From: a virus
Taxonomy: Duplodnaviria; Caudoviricetes
Virus record (IMG/VR): IMGVR_UViG_2882447294_000001
Span: 587-64,586 of that record
Direction: 5' to 3' (one strand)
DNA length: 64,000 nucleotides
Positions within the stretch are counted from its first letter, which is position 1. Each line of letters begins with the position of its first letter. Shown piece by piece: positions 18,043 to 25,733 of the stretch. The translations under genes and the position numbers were made by a program. The notes beneath the pieces were generated by a model that saw only the letters and a program-made list of their open reading frames with translations, searched no databases and was not told the DNA's origin.

Positions 18043-18850
18043 TGGTGGTCTCCTTCTTATCGGCCAGATTGCGCTTGGCATTTTCAATGCCATCAGCCAT
18101 GGCCTGACGGATCATCTGGATGCCCTTATCGGGATCGACTCGGGCGACGCTGGCGCGATCGCGAATCCGGTTCAGAATCGCTTCTCCGGCCATCTGGATG
18201 CTGCGGGGGTGCGGGATCTTCTCCCGCAGAGTGGTGCATTCGCGCTTGAGCCAGTCGGCATACTCGTCGCGATACTTCTGCAGCTCGGAATCGAAGTCAT
18301 CGGCGGCGGCCAGGCGGGTCTCTGCTTCTCGAACCGCTCGATAGCCCTGGTCATCGAACAGGCCGGAAAAGATGTCGGCGGCGAAGCCGAGGCAACTGAG
18401 GCACTTCTTCATAGCGTCGGAGACCGATTTCTTCGGCGCTTCGCCGTCAGTCATCCACGTGCCTTTGTTGGTGCGGTAAACGGCGCGGGTATGGCCGTAC
18501 TGAGTGACCTCGCCGCGTTCGCCGTGCCATTTGTACCAGAGCGTCAACCGGATGGTATGGGTCTGCTCGTGGGCGATCAGGCTGCCGGTCTGGGGATCGA
18601 TGACCGGCGCGCCCTGGTCGAATCGCTCTTCGTCGATCCCGTAGCCCCAGCCCAGCCCCATCGGACCGAATACCTGAGTAGCTAGCCGGATCATGTGCAT
18701 GGTGTCGATCGCGGTGATCGACTGGCCGTTGACGTTCGCCTGCTTGGTTGCGGTTGTGGGCGTCTTCTCGACCTGCTTCCACAACGCCATGTGGTCGGCT
18801 GCGCACGCCGAAGCCTGCGAGCCGCCCGCGTGGGTGACTTGCTGATTCAT
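18035..18850 (-). CDS. Rad52/Sak-like single-strand annealing protein
   Basis: 'ATQVFGPMGLGWGY', 'EAPKKSVSDAMKKCLS.LGFAADIF.G'. Confidence 0.8.
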   Translation of the reverse strand: MNQQVTHAGGSQASACAADHMALWKQVEKTPTTATKQANVNGQSITAIDTMHMIRLATQVFGPMGLGWGYGIDEERFDQGAPVIDPQTGSLIAHEQTHTIRLTLWYKWHGERGEVTQYGHTRAVYRTNKGTWMTDGEAPKKSVSDAMKKCLSCLGFAADIFSGLFDDQGYRAVREAETRLAAADDFDSELQKYRDEYADWLKRECTTLREKIPHPRSIQMAGEAILNRIRDRASVARVDPDKGIQMIRQAMADGIENAKRNLADKKETTNG

Positions 18851-18902
18851 GAAGTTCTCCGGGAGAGATGCCGGCGGGCGCCGGACGGGGTAATGCGGTG
18901 GG

Positions 18903-19274
18903 CTAAGCGGCGGACTTGAGTAGGCTCTCCAACTTGCCGTCCTTAACTTCCCAGCCGATGGCCGCAAGAGCGCTATCGACGGCTTCAGTGTGTTCTCGAA
19001 CGAGCCGATCATCTTCAGGCTCACAGCCAAGCGCGAGGCAGGCAATCCACGCCGCCGCCCAGTTCCATATCTCACGCAGCACGTTATCGAGGCTGTCACT
19101 GCGCTCGCCGGATAGCCATCGGCTCATCATCTCGGCATACGCCGGATGCTCGTAGCAGTGATCGAGTACGTCCTGGCAGTCATAGACCAGATTGACGCCG
19201 GCGTAATCCTGGCGATCGGCCAGGGTCATGAAGGCGCGTTCCAATTCCCCATCTAGCAGTGCATTCCTGTCCAT
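18903..19274 (-). CDS. Hypothetical protein
   Basis: ORF with RBS in operon orientation. Confidence 0.55.
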   Translation of the reverse strand: MDRNALLDGELERAFMTLADRQDYAGVNLVYDCQDVLDHCYEHPAYAEMMSRWLSGERSDSLDNVLREIWNWAAAWIACLALGCEPEDDRLVREHTEAVDSALAAIGWEVKDGKLESLLKSAA

Positions 19275-19275
19275 A

Positions 19276-19470
19276 TCACACCCCCAGTTGCTGCCGCGCA
19301 GGCAGGTTGCGGAGCTTCATTTCGAACTCGACACGGCGCTGAATATTGACCGGGTCAGTAGGCGGCCGACATCCGATCAAAGGCCGGCCGGTGTCGATTA
19401 CTGGCTTGCCGGCAACCCGGCACTGCGCCCGGTACTCGATCATCCGAGCGCGTCGATCGTTTGCGGTCAT
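19276..19470 (-). CDS. Hypothetical protein
   Basis: AAGGAGG RBS before MTANDRR. Confidence 0.55.
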   Translation of the reverse strand: MTANDRRARMIEYRAQCRVAGKPVIDTGRPLIGCRPPTDPVNIQRRVEFEMKLRNLPARQQLGV

Positions 19471-19726
19471 GGCCGCCTCCTTGGAATAAAAAGCGCCCGA
19501 CGAATGCCGGGCTAAAGGCCGCTGGGACGCGGCATGCAGGGGAACTTCGGGGTGGGCTCTGCCGAACATCTCGCAGCATGTCGGCTACATTGGCCCGTGA
19601 CGCGAGGGGTGCTGCGACAACATCATCGCCACATCAGCCTGCGTATTCAGAGCCCACTCCGAAGGACAGATATTCTCATCCTCTGCCGTAGCGCTATGCC
19701 GCGTTACCCAGCGGATCGGGTGGTGC

Positions 19727-19891
19727 TCATACATCACTTCCAGCTACGGTTTCGCGGATGTCGTCGATTACGCATTCTGGAGACCATCCACGCATGAAAT
19801 ACGTGTGGTAGCGATATGTGTCTAGCGACAGGTCAAGCCCATGATCGTCGGCTTCGTCTTTCAAATGCTCAAGCCAAGTCTCGTAATCCAT
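19727..19891 (-). CDS. Small acidic hypothetical protein
   Basis: GAGGAG RBS before MDYETWLEHLKDEA. Confidence 0.6.
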   Translation of the reverse strand: MDYETWLEHLKDEADDHGLDLSLDTYRYHTYFMRGWSPECVIDDIRETVAGSDV

Positions 19892-19979
19892 CACCCTCTC
19901 CTCTGGTTGTCGATCCCGCATACCACTCGTCGAATGGCATCTGGGATCGGCCACTGCCGTAGCAATGGCCATGCCTTTT

Positions 19980-20213
19980 CTAATGGCGCTTGATGAGATC
20001 GTCGATTGAAACCTCACGCCCTGATGCTCGATGTAAGCTTGGGCCTGCATCGATGTCGTCCTCGTCGTCCCATACGAGAAAGTAACGCTCTCCAATCCGT
20101 CGCGGCTGGCTAAAATCGGCACCACTTGCGCCAGCGTTCTTAATTGCTTGCACGACCTCGTCATATTCGTCTTCTGACAAGCCAGCGGTTTTGACGTAAT
20201 CTCCACGTTCCAT
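19980..20213 (-). CDS. Small acidic hypothetical protein
   Basis: GGAG RBS before MERGDYVKT. Confidence 0.55.
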   Translation of the reverse strand: MERGDYVKTAGLSEDEYDEVVQAIKNAGASGADFSQPRRIGERYFLVWDDEDDIDAGPSLHRASGREVSIDDLIKRH

Positions 20214-20370
20214 ATAGTCTCTCCAAAACCAAAACCTGCTGCCCATCAACAGGCTTTGGAAGCGGGCCTCGCCGTGGCGAAGCCCTGAATCCTGATCCGT
20301 AACACGACCCGGCATCGCTCTCTGCCGTGGGGTGCCAGCCCCAACGCCTTGGCCCTCAATCGCCCGGCGA

Positions 20371-20901
20371 TCAAGCTGCAAGCTCGTGCGTGATCACTCC
20401 GCGCTTTAGCCGATTCAACTTCATCGGTATCAGTTGCCAGTTGCCGTACCAGTGGAGTCCGCAGACGTTCGGGTCGATGATCGGCACGATGTGATCGACC
20501 TCGAACTTGATCCCGGTCCATTCCTCGTACTGCTTGGCAAGCTGTCGCAGATGCTTCATCCGAGCCTTGTTGCGTGCCATGAACAGGGGATCATCGATAT
20601 TCAGCGTTCCGGCCTTAGTGAGCTTGACTCGACGCTTTCTGGCCGCGTCAGCCCTTGGGCTGAATCGGTTGTAGTCGACGAAGTATTGACGGTTACGCTC
20701 CTGGTAAGCCTGCTGATAAGCCTTGTTTCGATCGGCGTTATCTCGCTTCCATTTCCGGTCTTTCTCGTACTTACACTGAAGGCACTCGCGCCACATGCTT
20801 CTTTCGCAGACGTGCCCCTTAGGGCACGGCTCTCCAGTGAAGTAGCGCTTCATGCCAAGTGCCTTTGCCTGCTTTCTTGAAATGATGTGAACGTGAAGCA
20901 T
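20371..20901 (-). CDS. HNH endonuclease-like protein with N-terminal Cys/His motif
   Basis: 'YFTGEPCPKGH..CLQC', 'VDHIVP..VCGLHWYGNWQLIP..N..K'. Confidence 0.8.
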   Translation of the reverse strand: MLHVHIISRKQAKALGMKRYFTGEPCPKGHVCERSMWRECLQCKYEKDRKWKRDNADRNKAYQQAYQERNRQYFVDYNRFSPRADAARKRRVKLTKAGTLNIDDPLFMARNKARMKHLRQLAKQYEEWTGIKFEVDHIVPIIDPNVCGLHWYGNWQLIPMKLNRLKRGVITHELAA

Positions 20902-21127
20902 GGTTTTCTCCGTCTTCGCATCCAGAGGCGCCCCAAAAGACGCCTTTGGATGCGCCCTCGCCGAGGGCGCTATCTCTCGCACAGATGATGTCGCCATCGG
21001 CTTCCACGGGGTGCCGCCCCGGTTCCGCCTCCATACCGACCCTCAATTGCCGGATGACCCGCGACGGTCGCCATACTGTGGTTGGCCGCCTCCGCATGCG
21101 GGATAGCTGTGCGTGTACTTCGCCGAG

Positions 21128-21164
21128 TTGATAAAGAACTTGCTGTTGCCCGGTCAGCATCCGG
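21128..21164 (-). promoter_or_regulatory. nutL-like antitermination site (hairpin then boxA)
   Basis: Minus strand CCGG-atgctga-CCGG then GTTCTTTATCAA, two mismatches from boxA GCTCTTTAACAA. Confidence 0.55.
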
Positions 21165-21194
21165 CGGCCTGGTAGGGCCGGCGATCCCTAGAAA

Positions 21195-21254
21195 ACAACC
21201 TAAGTTGTTATGTAAGTTATACCTAGGTTGTTTTGTCGTCAACACCTAGGTTGT
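21195..21254 (-). promoter_or_regulatory. oL/pL: three 14-bp operators and leftward promoter
   Basis: ACAACCTAAGTTGT, TATACCTAGGTTGT, AACACCTAGGTTGT; TTGACG-17-TAACTT. Confidence 0.85.
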
Positions 21255-21295
21255 AAATTTTTCGCGGGAAGCAGATGAGGAGTTTGATGCAGGCA

Positions 21296-21321
21296 CAAAA
21301 AACCCGCCGGGCGGCGGGTTG
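21296..21321 (-). terminator. Terminator of the cI operon
   Basis: AACCCGCC-gccc-GGCGGGTT then a T run on the minus strand. Confidence 0.75.
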
Positions 21322-21339
21322 GGCGAGGGAATAGAAATG

Positions 21340-21726
21340 CTATGTTAGGCGTAAGCGCTCAATAGTCGCTACGGTGTCAAAGGACGGGTCGTTAATATCG
21401 AAGAATACTTCGGCGAAGCCGTAAGCGTCTTGCCAGTTCGGATGGGCCATTTCGAACATTCGTAGATGATCTTTGATCACAGCCACCACCTCCCTCGTAT
21501 CTGTCCCGGCTGTAATTTGCCTGTCCATGACCAGCGCCGTAACTGTCTGGGAAAGCCTTCTTAAAAACTCTTCATACGCAGCACGACCTTTGTCTTTGCC
21601 AAACCAGGTGCGTTTCCCATGGCTTTTGATCACCTTCGCCATAGCGACGACCAGCCCTTGAAGCGCTGTATAGGTATGTTTTCTTGTCAGCGCCAGCCTT
21701 TGTTGAAATAGTTCATTCCCTGCCAT
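21340..21726 (-). CDS. Unknown protein in the rex position downstream of cI
   Basis: GAGG RBS 17 bp after the cI stop; lower GC than flanks. Confidence 0.75.
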   Translation of the reverse strand: MAGNELFQQRLALTRKHTYTALQGLVVAMAKVIKSHGKRTWFGKDKGRAAYEEFLRRLSQTVTALVMDRQITAGTDTREVVAVIKDHLRMFEMAHPNWQDAYGFAEVFFDINDPSFDTVATIERLRLT

Positions 21727-21743
21727 GTTATGCCTCTACTTAT

Positions 21744-22394
21744 TTACGTTTCTGCCCCTGCAAAGATCACTGTCCCCACGATCCGGCAGTTCCCGTTGAT
21801 GGCGATATAGGGCTCAGGCCAATTAGGGTTCATGGCTTTGAGCATCTTCTGTCCGCCGTCTTCGATGTATTGCTTGAACGTGGCTTCGTTGGAGTCGCTC
21901 AGCATGGCGACTACTTTCTTTCCGCTGATCGCCACTACTTCGGGATCGACAAAGATGATGTGGCCTTGCGGGAAGTAGGGCGCCATGGAGTCGCCTTTGA
22001 CCCGCAGTGCGAATGTGTAGGGACTGCACGGAACCGGGCAGGGCCAGTGCCTGGCTTCCGACACGTCGATCTGAGAAACGTCGACAGATGTCCAGGCACC
22101 TGCCTGAACCCACGATAGCTCTGGCACTGATCGAGCGTTGGATAGCGACCCTACATATTCGACGTTCGATTCTTGAACTTTCCGGTTACGTCCATCCTCC
22201 TCACCGGCTTCAAGCCAATCAGCCGTGACCCCCAGTGTGCGGGCGATAGAAGACATGAAGCGCGATCGAGAAGATCTTCCGCTTTCAAGTTTTTGATAGG
22301 CCGCCTGAGACATGCCTGATTTCTCAGCCACCTGATCCTGAGTAAGGCCAGCTTGCAGTCTGGCGGCGATCAATCGATCACGTAATGTTTTCAT
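21744..22394 (-). CDS. cI: CI repressor (HTH plus S24 peptidase)
   Basis: 'LTQDQVAEKSGMSQAAYQKLESG', 'VQAG', 'VKGDSM', 'ATFKQY'. Confidence 0.96.
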   Translation of the reverse strand: MKTLRDRLIAARLQAGLTQDQVAEKSGMSQAAYQKLESGRSSRSRFMSSIARTLGVTADWLEAGEEDGRNRKVQESNVEYVGSLSNARSVPELSWVQAGAWTSVDVSQIDVSEARHWPCPVPCSPYTFALRVKGDSMAPYFPQGHIIFVDPEVVAISGKKVVAMLSDSNEATFKQYIEDGGQKMLKAMNPNWPEPYIAINGNCRIVGTVIFAGAET

Positions 22395-22400
22395 TTCGTC

Positions 22401-22465
22401 AAGCTACAACCAAGGTTGTGAATTGACAAACAACCTAAGTGGTCTTTAAATACAACCTATGTTGT
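22401..22465. promoter_or_regulatory. oR with three operators, pR and pRM
   Basis: ACAACCAAGGTTGT (22406), ACAACCTAAGTGGT (22430), ACAACCTATGTTGT (22452); TTGACA at 22423. Confidence 0.85.
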
Positions 22466-22480
22466 TTGAGGAGTGCGGTT

Positions 22481-22738
22481 ATGCCCGCTTTGGCTGCGAA
22501 ACCCGACATGGCTATTCAGCGCCGATTGGTTCGTGAAGCGATGAAGCTTCACAACGATAGCCAGTCAGCGCTGGCCGACTCCGTAGGGTGCTCTCAGACG
22601 ATGATCTGGAAGCTGCTCAACGGTAAATCCCGCATCTCTGTCGAGATGGCTAGACGTATCCACCGCGCTACCGATGGTCGATGCCCCGAGCATGAATTCC
22701 GCCCCGATTTTTTCGAGGCGCCTGAAGAGGCCGCCTAA
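22481..22738 (+). CDS. cro: Cro-like repressor
   Basis: Divergent from cI; 'SQSALADSVGCSQTMIWKLLNG', 'RPDFF'. Confidence 0.88.
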   Translation: MPALAAKPDMAIQRRLVREAMKLHNDSQSALADSVGCSQTMIWKLLNGKSRISVEMARRIHRATDGRCPEHEFRPDFFEAPEEAA

Positions 22739-22798
22739 AACTCTGCGCCGTCCGTGAGGCCCGCGTGCAATCGCAACTGACTGAAGGATCAACGTCAT

Positions 22799-23137
22799 AT
22801 GCACTCTCGCTTTATCGAAGACCGGCGCTGCAAGGCTGACGGCGAACATCTCGATAACCCGGTGAAGACACGACTCACCGACGAGGAGTTCGAACGCCTG
22901 GAGCGGCATGCCGAGAAACGCCACGCCGGCGTGCTCTCGCACACCATTCGCGAGTTCGTGCTGCTCGGCATGGACATGGCGGAGCAGCGCCAGGCCGCGC
23001 TCGTCGACGTGCTCGACAGCGGCCAGAACTGGGATGAGCTACAGCGCGACATCATGCAGGCGCTGATGGCTCAGATCGTAGACCAGCGCATGACCGAGCG
23101 GCTTGCCGCGAGGGTAGTGCAACAGCAAACGGCCTGA
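22799..23137 (+). CDS. CII-position regulator, ribbon-helix-helix-like
   Basis: 'VKTRLTDEEFERLERHA..SHTIREFV'; follows cro. Confidence 0.65.
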   Translation: MHSRFIEDRRCKADGEHLDNPVKTRLTDEEFERLERHAEKRHAGVLSHTIREFVLLGMDMAEQRQAALVDVLDSGQNWDELQRDIMQALMAQIVDQRMTERLAARVVQQQTA

Positions 23138-23157
23138 CAGGGCCGAGGAGTCGCCCC

Positions 23158-23370
23158 ATGGAACCGATCAATCGTTCCGATATTCGAGGTTCTTTGGACC
23201 GGATGAGCGCAGCCGGAAGGGCAGAGCTGCATCGTGCAGCCGGTGAGCGCGGGATCACTGCCGAGCAGTTTTTCGTCGACGTGATTTTCGAGAATGCCGG
23301 CGGGCTGCAGGAGCAGTTGTATTCGCTGCGGCAGGCCATGACGCGCTCGCATCTGCGGGCGGTGAAGTAG
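23158..23370 (+). CDS. Small hypothetical protein
   Basis: GAGGAG RBS; in the right early operon. Confidence 0.65.
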   Translation: MEPINRSDIRGSLDRMSAAGRAELHRAAGERGITAEQFFVDVIFENAGGLQEQLYSLRQAMTRSHLRAVK

Positions 23371-23528
23371 GGGAGTAGAGCGCCTTGAGAAGGGCGCTTT
23401 GCTTCGTAGATACAAGGCCCTGTCAGGCCAAATCCGGACAGGCGAACATGAAAAAGCCCCGCAGGTTGTGGCGACCAGGGCGGGGCTATCTCACTAACAG
23501 AGCATCAAGCACAAGCAAGGAATTCAAT

Positions 23529-23753
23529 ATGCCTGATCTTGCCCATGACGTAAAGCCCGGACGGTTCCAGTCGAGTGTGGTCGCTGGCCCTTGGCCTTCA
23601 TACGTCCATTTTCGAAATCTGCCGGAGCGCGACCGCTGGGTCATGTACGGACACGCCAAGCGTGTGCGCCAGGACATGGAAGATACCGGCTTCGAGTTCA
23701 CCGAGACCTACGAACAGTTTATCGCCCGCGTGTGCCGCGAGCTGGAGATTTGA
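23529..23753 (+). CDS. Hypothetical phage protein
   Basis: AAGG RBS; 'YEQFIARVCRELEI' C-terminus. Confidence 0.65.
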   Translation: MPDLAHDVKPGRFQSSVVAGPWPSYVHFRNLPERDRWVMYGHAKRVRQDMEDTGFEFTETYEQFIARVCRELEI

Positions 23754-23755
23754 GC

Positions 23756-24181
23756 ATGGATTTCGACGATTTCTTCATGACCTTTCCAGAAGAAGTAGCT
23801 GAGCAGCTCCGCAAAGACGCGGAAGCAGAAGAAATTGCTGTCAGCACTTTCAAAAACTTCATCCGTGAAAATCGAGACATCCTTTCTCCAATCTCCAGGT
23901 GGGGTGACGGGAAGTGCGGCTACATGAGAGAGCTTCTTTGCGAAGAGTTCGGCATTAACCCCTTTGAGAACGAGCCTCGCGGTTACAGGAAGCAGAAAAT
24001 CTCACAGTCCTTGAGAACCAAAGTCTTCGAGAGAGATGAGTACCGCTGCAAGTGGTGTGGTGATCACAAAAACCTATGCGTCGATCACATCTACCCCGAA
24101 TCCAAGGGCGGCAGCCTGGAGCTTTCAAACCTTCAGACTTTGTGCCGCACCTGCAATCTCAAGAAAGGAGATCGGGTATGA
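23756..24181 (+). CDS. HNH endonuclease
   Basis: 'VFERDEYRCKWCG..VDHIYP.SKGG..NLQTLCRTCN..KG'. Confidence 0.9.
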   Translation: MDFDDFFMTFPEEVAEQLRKDAEAEEIAVSTFKNFIRENRDILSPISRWGDGKCGYMRELLCEEFGINPFENEPRGYRKQKISQSLRTKVFERDEYRCKWCGDHKNLCVDHIYPESKGGSLELSNLQTLCRTCNLKKGDRV

Positions 24182-24966
24182 GCATCCGCAGAGCCCCTCG
24201 CCCCGAGAGCAATTTCTACCTGCTCGATAAGCGCATCAGCGAAGACGAGCGCCTTTCCTGGGCTGCTCGCGGGATGCTCATCTTCCTGCTGGGCAAGCCT
24301 GATCACTGGATTGTGTCTGTCGCCAACCTGATCAATGAAACCGCCGGGTCTAGCAAGAAGTCAGGTCGTGATGCGGTGTACGGCACACTGAAGGAGCTTG
24401 AGCGGGCAGGCTATCTGACTCGCGAGAAAGCCCGCGCCGATGGCGGAGAGTTTGGTGGAGTTGATTACGTCGTCCACGAGTCACCGCTTACGGAAAAGCC
24501 GCACACGGCGAATCCGGATACGGTCAAACCGCACACGGCGAATCCGGATACGGTCAAACCGGATACGGCGAATCCGACACAAGTAAGTATTGAAGGGGTA
24601 GTAAGTAATGAAACCCCAGCAAGGAATGAAACCTCTTTGGCGTCTGGCGACGCAAAGCGAGCGAAGAAAAACACGCAGCTTCCTGACGACTTTCAGCCCA
24701 ACGACACGAACCGTCGCATTGCTGCCGAGCGTGGTGTGAACCTGGAAGATGAGCTGGCGAACTTCAAGGACTACCACGGCGCCAAGGGATCCAAGTTCAA
24801 GGATTGGAATCTTGCCCTGAACACCTGGCTTCGCCGGGCACGCGGCACCAAGGTGCCCGGCAACGTCCACCCGTTCCCGGGGAGGCCGCGCCCGCAGCAC
24901 AGCAACCTGGATCAAGCCACCTCGCACGGCCTCACGCCGCGTGCTGACGGGACGTATTCGCTATGA
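24178..24966 (+). CDS. Phage replication initiator (O-like) containing the origin
   Basis: N-terminal wHTH 'LSWAARG..ELERAGY', internal repeats, C-terminal 'F.DYH..DW..TW.R'. Confidence 0.85.
   Translation: MSIRRAPRPESNFYLLDKRISEDERLSWAARGMLIFLLGKPDHWIVSVANLINETAGSSKKSGRDAVYGTLKELERAGYLTREKARADGGEFGGVDYVVHESPLTEKPHTANPDTVKPHTANPDTVKPDTANPTQVSIEGVVSNETPARNETSLASGDAKRAKKNTQLPDDFQPNDTNRRIAAERGVNLEDELANFKDYHGAKGSKFKDWNLALNTWLRRARGTKVPGNVHPFPGRPRPQHSNLDQATSHGLTPRADGTYSL
24484..24580 (+). repeat. Origin iterons, 15-bp period
   Basis: Alternating CCGCACACGGCGAAT and CCGGATACGGTCAAA units, followed by AT-richer DNA. Confidence 0.85.
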
Positions 24967-25733
24967 CCGAGACATCGATCATGGGCGTCCTGGAAACGCG
25001 AGCCGCGCATTGCGATCAGCACGGGGACTATGAGTCTTTGCTGCTGAACGTCGGCGGCAAGCGTTGGACAGGGTGCCCGCAATGCTCGCAGGCGGCGATC
25101 GACCGAGCCGAAGCTGAGCGCGAACAAAACCAGGTCGTCGATCTTCGCAGCCAGCGCGGTCAGGCCATGTTCGAACAGTCCGGCATTCCTGCGCGCCTGC
25201 GTGAGGCCACACTCAAAAACTACGTCAGCGCGGGCGACTCTCAGCAGCGCGCCCACAAGCAGGTATGCGAGTACGCTCGCCACCTACCCGAACGTCTTGG
25301 CGACGGCAATGGGTTGATCCTGATGGGCAATATGGGGACTGGCAAGACGCATCTCGCTGTCGGGCTGATCCGGCACTGTACTCGCAACCTCGCGGTCGCC
25401 GCCAAGTACACCACCGCGCCGGCGCTATTCTCCCGCATCCGAGCCTCATACAACTCTCACACCGAAACCGAGGCCAAGATTCTCGCCGAGCTGATCGCCG
25501 CCCCTTTGCTGGTGTTGGATGAGATCGGCGTCGGCAAAGGTTCCGACAACGAGTTGAACGTGACCTATAGCCTGCTTGGCCAGCGTTACGACGAACGCCG
25601 ACCGACCATCGTCATCACCAACCTGATGAGCGAGGAATTCAAGGCGTGGTTGGGCGAACGCGTCGTCGATCGCATGCGCGAGACGAACCCTGTCGTCCTG
25701 TTCGATTGGGAATCGCACAGGGGGCGCTCATGA
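24963..25733 (+). CDS. DnaC/IstB-like helicase loader
   Basis: 'GNMGTGKTHLA', 'LLVLDEIG', 'ITNL', 'RVVDRM'. Confidence 0.92.
   Translation: MTETSIMGVLETRAAHCDQHGDYESLLLNVGGKRWTGCPQCSQAAIDRAEAEREQNQVVDLRSQRGQAMFEQSGIPARLREATLKNYVSAGDSQQRAHKQVCEYARHLPERLGDGNGLILMGNMGTGKTHLAVGLIRHCTRNLAVAAKYTTAPALFSRIRASYNSHTETEAKILAELIAAPLLVLDEIGVGKGSDNELNVTYSLLGQRYDERRPTIVITNLMSEEFKAWLGERVVDRMRETNPVVLFDWESHRGRS

Noticed and set aside
20819-21160. N-like antiterminator as first pL gene
   Set aside because: No RBS, overlaps boxA and hairpins, and only a short Arg run supports it.
24484-24580. CRISPR-like array
   Set aside because: Tandem 15-bp units with no spacers, in frame inside the initiator gene; these are iterons.
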